Assembly: GCA_002633005.1 (NCBI GenBank)
Contig: NMRA01000837.1
Span: forward strand, 1 to 64,000
Direction of reading: 5' to 3'
Length of the DNA stretch: 64,000 nucleotides
Origin: Phoronis australis
Lineage: Eukaryota; Animalia; Phoronida
Of the stretch, positions 12,261 through 25,200 are shown piece after piece (the stretch's first letter is position 1; each line of letters opens with the position of its first letter). A program made the position numbers and the translations under genes. The notes below the pieces were generated by a model. It ran no database searches. It had not been told where the DNA came from and saw only the letters and a list, made by a program, of their open reading frames with translations.

Positions 12261-12869
12261 CTTTTCAGCCACCTGGTTTTCCCGCTTGCTCCCATACAGG
12301 ACATACATGTACTGATTTAACGATTAAATCAGTATGTCATCTATGGGAGCAATCGGAAAACGCACGTGTTTAAAAAGTCGAAGGTAGGTTCCACGTTGGT
12401 AGTCGAGAACATGTTAAGAACAGTCAGGGCCACCCATCCAACTGGTGGCGACAACAATGCTCAGATTGTACATCAGGATATGCACAGCATGCAGTATGTC
12501 ATTAAAGGCATTCCTGTGTTCTTTAAGCATTTCATTAAAGCATATCAATACCAGAAACGATGAATACTTAACTATTTACACAGTAGATAACTTTCAAAGA
12601 TGCAAATATCGTATTATGACCTTGAATACGTAAATTTGTGGCAAGCCTCGCGTAGTGACTTTCATGAAAACTGCTAACATTATCATTACACTGTAGGAGA
12701 AAGAAACACTTCACCCATAGAGCTTAAGACTTAACAAATACTATGCGCGCNCCCTGAATCAAATTCGAGCCCCCAATTTTGGCTGGGTGCGCGCATGAAT
12801 ACTAGACTAAAAAAATAATGCTCATTACAAAGCCTGAGTTTACATATCAAATACTCAAAACTACGTTTG

Positions 12870-14776
12870 GAACAAAAAATAAAATGAAAGCGCTCCGAGG
12901 AGCGAACCTTGGCGAAATTAACCAAAAAGATGACGATAAAGATGATGATGAAGATGACGAAAATGACGACTATGGTTGCGAGAATGAACAAAAGAAGTAA
13001 TAATAAAATACACATGACGAACGTAGAAGTCCGAAATCAGTAAGAAAAAGGCTACAGTCTTGAGCGACACTTGGCGAAATTAACGGAAAAGACAACGACT
13101 GAGATGATGACGAAGATGATGACGATGATGACGAATATGATGATGGTGGTGGCGATGATGAACAACATCTCAACATTCATATGATGAACTTAGATGTCAT
13201 AAATCAATAAGAAATGGGCTACAGTCTAGTTCATAGAAGGTAAACCAACATCCATGCAGCCAGAGCGCTCAACAAAGGAACAGCGTTATCAGAAAATCTC
13301 AAATAACTCAAAAAGTAGACGTCGTAGCGAAAAATGGAAAACATCTTCTGAAAGCCCGTTCAAAATTCTATCTAAACAAAAGGTATCGTTAAATTCCGTA
13401 AATTTTTCGAAAAAAATGAAATTTTGAGATTTTTTTAAGAAATTCAAAGTCAAATAACTCGAAAACGGTAAGTCTGAGAAAAAAATTGTTACAGGCCATT
13501 TGACAGAATATACTTCAAAGAATCCACATGCAACAAATCACGTCTTTTTCTCTTCCCGTTTAATATCGCACTCCAGCACGACTGAAAATGGGTCAACATG
13601 CACCAGATCCGCCATCTTGAAAGCAACTTCTGGTTTTTTGGTTTTGTATAATAGCATGTCATAAGAAACTAATACCTGTAAAAATTCGAAGGAATTGGTC
13701 TGATAATGCGCCTTCTAGAGGAGAAAACGTTTTTAGGCCAAAATCGAGGTGCGCATGCGCGATCGCCGATAGTTCCGCCATCTTTAACCGGAAGTAAACA
13801 ATTTCCGGCACACTTCTAGCAAACTTCCAGTCCATTTACTGTGCTGATTCTTAGTCTTTTACATAAAAAATTGTAGCCTCCAGAAGCATTTGAACCTTTA
13901 AATGGAAACAAAATGGCCGCCACAGCCGCCATCTTGGATCCGATTTTGACGAAAAACAATAGGCTTCCAGTACTTCCGGAAGTACGTGTTATGTGTAAAT
14001 TTCGTGACAATCGGTCAAAAATTGCGACCTGTATCGTGCGAACAAACAAAAAAAATGAAAGCGCTCCGAGGAGCGAACCTTGGCGAAATTAACCAAAAAG
14101 ATGACGATAAAGATGATGACGAAAATGACGAATATGACGACGATGGTGAACAACATCACAACATTCATATGATGAACTTAGATGTAATAAATCAATAAGA
14201 AATGGGCTACAGTCCAGTTCATAGAAGGTAAACCCACATCAATGCAGCCAGAGCGCTCAACAAAGGAACAGCGTTATCAGAAAATCTCAAATAACTCGAA
14301 AAGTGAACGTCCTAGCGAAAAATGGAAAACATCTTCTGAAAGCCCGTTCAAAATTCTATATAAACTGATGGTATCTTCTAATTCCGTAAATTTTTCAAAA
14401 AAAATAATGAAATTTTGGGTTTTTTTTAAGAAATTCAAAGTCTAATAACTCGAAAACGGTAAGTCTGAGAAAAAAATTGTTACAGGTCATTTGAAAGATT
14501 ATACTTCAAAGAATCTACATGCAAAAAATCACGTCTTTTTCTCTTCCTGTTTAAAATCGGGCTCCAGACGACTGAAAATGGGTCAACATGGGCCATATCC
14601 GCCATCTTGAATGCAACTTCCGGTTTTTTGGCTTTGTATAATAGCATGTTACAAGAAACTAATACCTGTAAAAATTCGAAGGAATTTGTCTGATAATGTG
14701 CCCTCTAGAGGAGAAAACGTTTTTAAGCCAAAATCGAGGTGCGCATGCGCGATCGCCGATATTTCCGCCATCTTTA
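12870..14776. repeat. Tandem ~1.17 kb repeat, 1.6 units, with GAT/GAC microsatellite
   Basis: AAAATGAAAGCGCTCCGAGGAGCGAACC at about 12881 and 14052 with co-linear downstream sequence. Bracketed by single N bases at 12751 and 14777. Confidence 0.85.
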
Positions 14777-14914
14777 NTTAAAAAGTACAACTGACGAAGC
14801 TAAGCATTACAGAGTTTATTGTTCAACTTTTTCACAGCTATAATTACAGAGGTTGAAACATTTTCACATTTTACAACAATGAGGAAACTATTGAGGAGCA
14901 GGAAATTTACTTAC

Positions 14915-15113
14915 CAGTAGCATATTTAATTTCTGCATGGTTCAAGACCCAGTCCACCTCAGGCTATCTCTTCTGTTCTGCCACCTTTAAAAGTTACTTC
15001 GCTTTCCAAGAGTTGAGGGTGGCAGTTTGCAATCATCTCCCTTCACACAAACCCAACACTTGGGATCTACTTCTACACTGCCTTCATCAGTGAAATATAC
15101 ATCAGCATACATT
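14915..15113 (-). pseudogene. Decayed exon of a transposon-associated gene (MYAxVxF...VEVxPxxW...CxxPP N-terminal module seen in BEN/DUF4806-type proteins)
   Basis: TTTCAG acceptor and GTAAGT donor frame MYADVYFTDEGSVEVDPKCWVCVKGDDCKLPP followed by an in-frame stop. Confidence 0.45.
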
Positions 15114-15549
15114 CTGAAACACAATGAGTACTAATCAATAACATGTTAAAATAGTCATAAGCACGTCTTTTCATTGTTCTTCTACGAGCAAGTCGAATTA
15201 CTATGGCTCTCCTTGGCCTGGGAATGCAATATTGATAAATCCTGTATCACCCTTGTAAGCGTTACAAGCTTATAAATGTCAGCGAAAAAGATAAATAAAC
15301 TATATATTTGTTTAGGATTGCGGTTTTAATGTGTTATGAAAATCAAATTTGCCTTTTAATTTCATTTTAATGAAGTTGTTTATTAAAACTAGTTTCTGAT
15401 TCTGGATATATTGTGTCCATACGTTGTATTATTACTTGTCTGAATAAAGATGATATGAGAGAAAAAGTCAGCAACAATAACAGAGACTCCACAAACTGTG
15501 TTGACTTGTCACTGCACAGAGTTTAAATTTTGTCATGATGAGTTTTGCT

Positions 15550-16150
15550 TACCGGTACTTGTGAAAAGTTTGAAAACCTATGCAGTAAGTTTGAAGTGCA
15601 GTGTAACGAGAGATTAGTAATTTCTCAACCAAACTACAACATTTTGAATTTTTGGAACCAGGTCAATACACATTCCAATGCTTACAATAACTTCCCACAG
15701 TATTTACAGGAGCTTTCGAACATACACATGAATTATATAACTCCAGTAGAGTTTCAACTTTCAGCTGTGGAGAACACTGACTGGACTTGTCATGCGAAGA
15801 TCTGTGAGCTAACAACTTCGTTGCAAGTGTCTTCTTTTCCATTTTCGCATGCTTTGAAGTTTGAATTTATTCAATCAAGTAAACTCCACAGAGTTCTATA
15901 AAATTTTACAACTTCTGTCCTAAAAGACTGACTCGGTTTCTCTGATACCAATCTCACTGTTTTGACCATATTCTGCGTATAGACTGAGCATGTCAATCAG
16001 TCAGTAAGATATTTTGCATAGGAGGTACTCTTCGAATATGTTGTGTAATAACTAATTGCCACAGCATGACAAAAATACACTATCAACGGCGACCAAGTTT
16101 GACTTATCATTCAAACCAAAGACCTGATCTCTATACAATGACTTACAAAA
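15550..16150 (-). mobile_element. Highly decayed LINE reverse-transcriptase remnant (tentative)
   Basis: LKVETLLELYNSCV resembles the post-RT region of CR1/L2/RTE-type ORF2. Other motifs are barely recognisable. Confidence 0.3.
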
Positions 16151-16719
16151 ATTGTTACACTGTCAATAGAACAGTTGACTCTCATAAAGACACACAGTAA
16201 CAGAAAGCAGACTACTAGTATTTCGACACAGTCCATAAGATTCTGTTGACCCAATATCTAACCAGACTCAGCTGTGACATGTGCGCTTATATTTCAATCT
16301 TCTTGAACACTGCACCTCTAGTATGCACCATATTAGTAAGTAGGCTAAAGAAAGGAGTAATGTGTACACTATTACATAGTCATAGATGCCGTGGAACTCA
16401 GTCGATGTTTGTAGTGCAATCTTACCAGTGTGTGACACACATGCCTTTCGATCGGGGTCACTCTAATCCCAATCGAAAGTCAAGCTGTAGCCATTCACAA
16501 CAATCTGACAACCCTCTTGTCACGTACGTAGACTACGGAGTGGCGAGATAGCAAACCTTGCCAAATTTATGGCGTATCTATGTAAGCGTCCATAGCTACA
16601 TAATATCTTATTCAGTACTCCCATTTTCATGGGATATATCTGAGGTACGATCTAAGATATCGAAACAAGCTCTCGTGCATGGGCCATGGCTATGATATTT
16701 TGGCTTTACAGTCTCACTG

Positions 16720-17089
16720 TAGGGAGGACAACGTTTTTTTACATTTTCTTACAACACCCATAAGTCATACATTTTTGAAAAGCCCTTGGTATGAGAAATG
16801 AAATGGTGCAAAAATCAGAAAAAATGGATGAACGCTTGACGAGAAAATGGCCGTTGAAACGCGACGATTATGCGTAAAATATCTGCCTTTTTACATAATT
16901 TCGTAACAAATAAAAGAATATACATGTGCTGCATATAAATAGATTCGTCTTTTTGAGAAGGTAATGATTTATAACACAAAATTGTCTTATAGTTAACTCT
17001 TAAGTCTGAAATCGGGTAATTTACCGACGTGGGTATTACATGGAGGCAGATATGGAGCACCGTGACCTACTTTTTGATTGTCCTCCCTA
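16720..17089. mobile_element. hAT-like MITE with 7 bp TSD
   Basis: Perfect 12 bp TIR TAGGGAGGACAA / TTGTCCTCCCTA, flanked by CTCACTG on both sides (16713-16719 and 17090-17096). Confidence 0.8.
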
Positions 17090-17385
17090 CTCACTGCATA
17101 ACCATAATCACAACACAATCTGGGTACTGGCAGTAGAATAATTGAATTTAGAAATTAGTGGTCCCTGATTTTGAGAACCAGACAAGCAATAAGTAGCAGA
17201 CATGTTTTTGGCGTGGATGAAACTGCTATGATCACCAATATTTTCGACCACAGCAATCTGGCTGGCCACTACTGCACTAGCACTGCACTGCCTGACACTG
17301 AAAATTGATTCATCTGATCAGTCAGATCAGGACAGAAATTTAATTCTTAAATCATCAAATCAGCTGTTGATTAAGCACAAGAAAC

Positions 17386-18215
17386 NNNNNNNNNNNNNNN
17401 NNNNNNNNNNNNNNNNNNNNNNNNNNNNNNNNNNNNNNNNNNNNNNNNNNNNNNNNNNNNNNNNNNNNNNNNNNNNNNNNNNNNNNNNNNNNNNNNNNNN
17501 NNNNNNNNNNNNNNNNNNNNNNNNNNNNNNNNNNNNNNNNNNNNNNNNNNNNNNNNNNNNNNNNNNNNNNNNNNNNNNNNNNNNNNNNNNNNNNNNNNNN
17601 NNNNNNNNNNNNNNNNNNNNNNNNNNNNNNNNNNNNNNNNNNNNNNNNNNNNNNNNNNNNNNNNNNNNNNNNNNNNNNNNNNNNNNNNNNNNNNNNNNNN
17701 NNNNNNNNNNNNNNNNNNNNNNNNNNNNNNNNNNNNNNNNNNNNNNNNNNNNNNNNNNNNNNNNNNNNNNNNNNNNNNNNNNNNNNNNNNNNNNNNNNNN
17801 NNNNNNNNNNNNNNNNNNNNNNNNNNNNNNNNNNNNNNNNNNNNNNNNNNNNNNNNNNNNNNNNNNNNNNNNNNNNNNNNNNNNNNNNNNNNNNNNNNNN
17901 NNNNNNNNNNNNNNNNNNNNNNNNNNNNNNNNNNNNNNNNNNNNNNNNNNNNNNNNNNNNNNNNNNNNNNNNNNNNNNNNNNNNNNNNNNNNNNNNNNNN
18001 NNNNNNNNNNNNNNNNNNNNNNNNNNNNNNNNNNNNNNNNNNNNNNNNNNNNNNNNNNNNNNNNNNNNNNNNNNNNNNNNNNNNNNNNNNNNNNNNNNNN
18101 NNNNNNNNNNNNNNNNNNNNNNNNNNNNNNNNNNNNNNNNNNNNNNNNNNNNNNNNNNNNNNNNNNNNNNNNNNNNNNNNNNNNNNNNNNNNNNNNNNNN
18201 NNNNNNNNNNNNNNN
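17386..18215. other. Assembly gap (N run)
   Basis: Run of N. Confidence 0.99.
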
Positions 18216-19285
18216 TGGATTTGGCAACAACCAAATAACGGTCGGATTAACAAGAGCTGCTTTGTATTTGCCAGGTATCTATTGAGAAGTGTAAAAACTC
18301 AGCTCGCATTCGTTGGAAATTCCAGGTCGCATTTTGCGACTTGATACGAGCTGACAAAATCTCAACTCGCATTTCCAAATTTCAGGTCGCAAATGCGACC
18401 TGCAGCTCGTTATGTCGAGCCCTGATACACAGAAGTGTCTAGAGTTCATGTCTTAGCTCATTTCGGCGCCTGTGAATGCGAGACAGTGGTTCAGATACCA
18501 TAGTTACTCTTCTAATTTGTTTTGACACACTTTATAAATAAATGTTCTATAAGAAGAATCGTTAAAAAAATAGCAACTCGTGTATATAGCATGCACGACA
18601 CAAGAGGAGGCTCAGCACACGCAGCCCTACCGTAACACATTACCAAGGTGTGCACATGCACGGTGCTATTTGGGATTGTACTTGGGGCAAGTGAATTTTT
18701 TGTTCAGGCAAGTAAAAGTTTAAATTTTTTTGCCCTTTTGGCAAGTGGCTTAAAAAGTTAATGTTTAGCCCTGCTGCACTTTAGGAGGCTCTGACTGATA
18801 AAGGGGGAGAATTTTGATCCCTAGCTGCGCCCTGTGTCAAAGGCTAAAACAAATTGGTGAACTTGGCTAATTAACTATTCGGAGAGGCTGACATTAAGAT
18901 TTACAGCTGTTTTTAAATTAAAGAACCACTATGCAGTAATTGAATTTCTGTCCACAGAATCTTAAATCTGGATCAAGTGGACTTTTGCACTCGCGCTATT
19001 CTAGAGAACGCCGATGTGCAAAGTCCACTATTGCAAGGTACATGGCACTCGTATTGTGTAAACTGAATATAATGGTGAGACTGTGAGCGTATAATTGAGG
19101 GTCAAAAAGCTTGTGCGTCATCCCAAACGAATGCCATATATATAGCCGATTGCAATCTATATGTAAATTGACTGAAAGTCCACAATTAAATTCTTTTTTT
19201 TTCAGAAAATAATCTTGCTCAACTTGGCTTCACCAGTCATTCCAGCTGCTAACCTATTCTACAAAAGTCACTCTCAGAAACAACT

Positions 19286-22200
19286 ATGCCTTCAGAAAGC
19301 GAGCATCGTTTGAGATACAAGAACAAGGGAAAAGATGCTGATGTAAGTGGGGTCAACATTGTATCACAGAAGGGGTGTGTGTGCATGAGCTCATTGCATC
19401 ATGGAAGGTTACAAAGTGAGGTCATCACTGCATCATGGGAGGTTACAATGTGAGGTCAACATTGCATCATGGGAGGTCACAAAGTGAGGTCAAAATTTTC
19501 AAGTGATGTATCACGTGGGTGATGAGGCAATGTTATCAGCCCATACTTGGTTTGAAGATACCGACTTGCTAAAACTTCTGTTCCTAAAATGACATTTCGT
19601 AAAATACAATTTTGGATGTTATGATGCCATTAATCATGTCGATTTGATGGGTGCAGCACTTTGAATGCAAGTTTGACAAGTTTATGAAAAAAACTTTTAT
19701 TTCTTGGTTGTGTTCCTTTGTTTTTATCTTGATGAAAGTACGATAACCATTCTGTTTTTTCCCCGACGTCTAGTGAAATTGCCGTCAACTGTTTTCAAAT
19801 AACATAATTTTTGTGTCATTACACTCAAAATTTGTGAATTGCAGGAACTCAGGAGGCGAAGGAATGAAACATCGATAGAGTTGCGGAAAGCAAAGAAAGA
19901 TGATCAATTACTTAAAAGAAGAAACGTGTGCATTAGTTCAGTGGAGCCCACAAGTCCACTGCAAGAAAAATCCCAGGTATGTGTTCTTGGACTCATTTGA
20001 TCACTCACATCAGGTCTTGAAATTATTTTTTAGAGGATTTCCTCTTTTTTGGTTTCAATTTCCTCTTATTTAATTTCCAATTTCCACTTTTCGTTTAATA
20101 TCATTATTTTGACTTAATTCATGCAAACAAGGTTTATTTCAATTAAATTTTACAATATGAAAAATATTTATATCGCACTAGCCTATTTATTTGTTGAACA
20201 ATACGTCACCTGGAAAATTTTGTTTTTTTGCCATTGGTCATTCCAAGCCTTGACACATGTAGGTTATCAAACTGAATAGAGAAGTGGGACATACTTGCCT
20301 TCATTGCATAACCTTGGTGAATTCCTGTAGTATTGCATCTGGAAAACCACTATGGGCCTTAGAAACCTTAGGGAATTCCGGTAGCATGTTGGCACCATGA
20401 CGTGAAAATAGCGAGACAAAAATTTGTCTTGCAAAAGTTCTAATCCTTCTGACAGCGGATACATTTTGCTTTCATGTCAAGACAAACTATAAGTCAAATT
20501 TTAACAAACTTGTTTCATGATTTCAGTGTCTGGGACATAATTCAATGGAACAAAATTTTACTATGAAATAACTAGGTCCATATCGTGTAGCACGGTAGCA
20601 GTCATTCACTGCATTTGCTTGAAATGTTTCCAGGGTATAGAAACATTTGACATTGCAAGTTCGATGCTTCCTTGGTCTTGAAAGGACATCATTTTTACGA
20701 CCGGTTATTGAGATTATTTTAGAGTTGATCAGAAAAGTGTAAAACAACAAAATACACTGTGTTTTGTGATTTTGGTACAAATCACCCAGTTCTCATCGTT
20801 GTCTCTCAGACATTTTCTGAAATCATGCCCGGTGTCTTGATATTGCTGCTTAATGTGTGGTTTTTGGCTCAGTGGCAGCATAGATTATAGATAACAGATT
20901 CACAACTCGGACATTTTCTTGCCTACTATCCTAGAGGAGGCGCCACTTTCCTGAATTATCTGGTTCCGTTTTCGCTTACAGTGTATTGTGAAGACACAAC
21001 ATCCAACCATGATTAGCAGGCGACGTACTTGCGTGAAATAAAACCAGATAATTTGACTAGGTGACCCTAGTGAATAATGACGTAATTGCTTTTGGAACAG
21101 CACAGATTTCGTCCACTGAGTTGGTGGTCCATGTAGTATAGTCTATGGTGGCAGAGCTAAATGGTTAGATTCTGTACTGCTGCCATTTTCTGTAAAATTA
21201 CCTTCCTTGTTGAGAATGTCCCTTTTAAACATCTGTCAAGTATCACATGATTGTTCATTGCAGAATGCCACTTTATCAATGAATGAAATAGTGGAAGGAG
21301 TTAACAGCAGTGTGTACGACAAACAGTTTTTCGCTACACAAGCTGCTCGCAAAATGTTGTCTAAAGAGAGGAATCCTCCCATAAACAACGTGATTGATGC
21401 TGGTATCATTCCAAGACTGATAGAATTCTTGTCATACACTGACAAGTGAGTATTCATAATTCCCACACTCGATATTGTTCGCATGAGTCAATTCATCGAA
21501 AATGTTTTCAATATGGCATTTCATGTGGCTTCAATACATGTTAATGCTGTCCTTGTTAAAACTTGTAGTTTTCACACTTTATAAATGGATTGATTATTTT
21601 GAGTTGTGAGTGGATCGTGGCTTGTCATATAAGTGCATTCGCTGTGTGTAAACTATGACAGCAGTGTCAATTAACTTGTTTCTGTTTTTACAGACCGGAA
21701 CTCCAGTTTGAAGCTGCCTGGGCGCTAACCAACATAGCCTCTGGCAACTCTGCCCAGACCAAGGCTGTGGTGTCTGCTGGGGCTGTGGTGCCATTCATCA
21801 AATTATTATCTGTACAAGATAAGCAAAAGAACGTCTGTGAACAAGCCGTCTGGGCCCTGGGCAATATTGCCGGTAACCAATTAACACTTGAACTCTAATT
21901 TGGTTGTTTGAAACAAATTTGATTCTTTAACGTGAGATTGCATTTGTTTCAAGTACTCTGACAATGAGGAACTTATTACTGATAACCAAGAGTTTTCAGA
22001 AGATTGATTTTCTTTTTTGAACCCAGTACTTCACCTCAATGAATGATGGTGTAACATTAGGGCTTGGAATTTTCCTCTTTTAAGAGGATTTCCTCTTGGT
22101 TTTAATTTCCATTTTCCTCTTTTTTGTCTTTTTTTCTAGTGATTTGTTGAAATATATACATATGGACATATTCCCAAAGTTTATCATTATTTTGATTTTA

Positions 22201-25200
22201 TTCATGCATAAACATTTGTTTCAGTTAAGTTTTACAATACAAAACTTATTTCTATCACACAAGCCTTCTAATTTGTGGAACGATATATAACCTGGAAATT
22301 TTCTCTTTTTTGTTATTGGTCATTCCAAGCCCCAAATCCAGCAATTATTCAAGGCCCTGTGCTAAATTTGCATTGAACTTTGCTTTAACCTCAAGTTAGT
22401 AAAAATTGTGGAAGTACAGTTTGAAATTCAACCGCACAGGTGTTAAAATATTCGTTATCCCTTGCCCTGCCCCGGCTCCTGGACCAATCGTGTTTATTGC
22501 AAAATCATGTTTTTGTTATTAAAAATAATTTCACTATGAACTTTTCAGGTGATGGTCCTGCATACAGGGACCTGACCATCAAGTCTGGTATCGTCGAGCC
22601 TCTTCTGGCCCTGATCACCCCACAAACTCCTATTGGATTCCTGCGCAATGTTACGTGGACACTGTCCAACTTGTGCCGCAACAAAGAGCCAGCTCCGCCC
22701 ACTGCCACTGTCAAACAGTGTCTCCCGGCTCTGTCTGTATTGATTCAATACAGTGATAAAGAGATCCTCTCTGATGCTTGCTGGGCTTTATCGTACCTTA
22801 CGGACGGAACAAACGACAAAATTCAAAATGTCGTGGATGCCAGTAAGTGTTACTTTGCAACTGCAAAGTGTCATAAATCTGCATAATCTATGTATTTATT
22901 GCTTCAAAAGCACTGCCTTGGAATCATTTACCAAGTTCTGTATTACATCTGGCTACTACCAGGGGCGTATCCAGGATTTTGAGTTGGGGGGGCAGGGCAG
23001 AGTATTAGCCAGGATTTTGCCCGTCAGACATTCGCACCCCTGTACTGCCAAATGGAACCTGGGAGAATTTTAGGGGGGGGCCATGGCTCCCTTGGTCCCC
23101 CTCTAAATTCGCCACTGACTACGAATGCAAACCTTCATCTTTTAAGTCTTCTGTCTATAGAGTGTATAAATATTTTAATTTTGACTGGATTTGATTGAAA
23201 ATTGATGATGCCTATTTCAGATGTAGTTCCTCAACTCGTTAAGTTGCTAGAACACTCCGAACCGTCAGTTGTTACACCAGCTCTACGGGCAGTTGGCAAT
23301 ATTGTGACCGGTGACGACAGTCAGACACAGGTTGGTGCTTCTAATTTCACACGTCAGCGGATAAAGGCTTCAAACTGAAGACATGTTACAAATTAGTACT
23401 GTGCTTAAGTGCTTCAGTGATCATGTTGCAGATCACGTCAATAAATAACTTTGTATGAATTATGTCAAGACTTATCATCCTTGACACAGGGCTGGATATG
23501 GAAGATCAGTGCTCGTATGCAAGAAAGTATACAATACTGGTCAAACTAGTGACATTAATTTAAAATAGGGGCCGTTGTTATTGATTTGCTTTGCCTTTTG
23601 ACATCTAGCACTGCCGTATGTGTGTGTACGCACATGCATCTGTTTCGGTATTACAGCTTTGAAATTTTTAAGTTATCACTTATTTTGACCATGGTTGATA
23701 TTATAAAATAGGACGTGGCTTTTCATATGGTTTCGCTACAGATGAAGTAAAAGCAAGTCTTTCATCTCCAGTTCATGCTTACACAGAACAGAAAATATCA
23801 GAATGAACTTTGAGTGGTTCAATTTTGTGTTCGCAGATTTCCACCAAGAATGATTTCTTACGATTGGTTTCATTACAGGTTGTCATAGATGCCGGTGCAG
23901 CTGAGGCTTTGGCCAAACTCCTCGAGCACCCTAAGAACAGTATTAAGAAGGAGGCCGCGTGGACTATCTCCAATATTACAGCAGGCAACGTTGAACAAAT
24001 CACAGCAGTCTTACAAGCTGGATGTGGACCCGCTCTCATCAAACTATTGAGTAATGTAAGCACTTGTACTGCTAAGTTTGTGGAACAGGATATTGTACAA
24101 AAACAGTAAAATTCTGCTTTTAGAAGAGCTGTTAGCACAATTTGTAAAACAGGAGAATCTGTTAAGTTATCACTTGTGGTGAAAGGTAAGGGTATGCAGT
24201 ACCAAAAATAACACCAAAGAAAATGTATCGTGAAGTTGAAATCATGAAAGTGCAATAAAAAGTAGCGTAAGTCCGACATGCGTCAGTCAGTGCAGTTTTT
24301 CTAGATCGTGCACTCCGGCCTTCCCATCAGTCTCATTTCGCTGTACTCTGATGAAATTTTTCGGTTCTGCTGAGTTTGTCTTGTGTGAGCTTTACTGCAT
24401 ACCAAAGTGAGAATTACAGTCAAGTGTTGTCGCAACGTGCATCAAATTCTGTTAAACTAACTAGTGCCAAGACAGTTTAGGTTAGCAAATATGTTGATTT
24501 GACAATGGTGCATTTGGCAGGCAGAAAAATCTTGACTGACCTTGTAAAATTGTTATGACTATGTAGACATTTTGTCTTGTACTTTGCAGATTCTTTTGCC
24601 ACAACTAAAAATGCAGCAGTTTTCTTAGCTGTGTAAGGAGTAAAAGTTCCATTGTATTCAAAATGATGCACATTGTTTCAGAATGACTTCAAAATCCAGA
24701 AAGAGGCAGTTTGGGCAGTGACTAACCTGACCTCTGGTGGCAATGTGCAGCAGATAAGCTACATGGTGTCACTGAATCTGATGATTCCTTTCTGTAAGCT
24801 CCTCACAGCCAATGATGCCCGAACTGTAAAGGTTGTGTTGGACGGCATTGACAACATTATGGTGGTAAGACTCTGACTTCATATGTATTTTGACATCCAA
24901 TTTAGCTATCACTTACTGATTTTTCTCTGAAGCTCACTCAGTTACATTTTAGTTCAATAAGAAGGCAGAGGAATTTGTATTTCAGAGACTAAGCCTTAAA
25001 GACTTATGCATTTTTTCCATTGTAATAGACTTCATGACTTTTGAATAATTATTTAGCTATTTATTTGATAGATTGTCTGGGCTCTTAATCACGTGAACTA
25101 TTTGGCAGGAATTTCCATTTCGATGCACATTTTATATCTCTATGTGATTTGCCATGATGTTTATGTTGCATTTGCCTCCCACCGTAACTAAAAAATCTTC

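Noticed and set aside
12731-14445. Acidic/Ser-rich ORFs (DDDKDDDED, SSSSS)
   Set aside because: Translations of a GAT/GAC microsatellite within the 1.17 kb repeat.
17355-18344. Long ORFs of 287-325 aa (and those at 7015-7607)
   Set aside because: They consist of X residues from N gaps.
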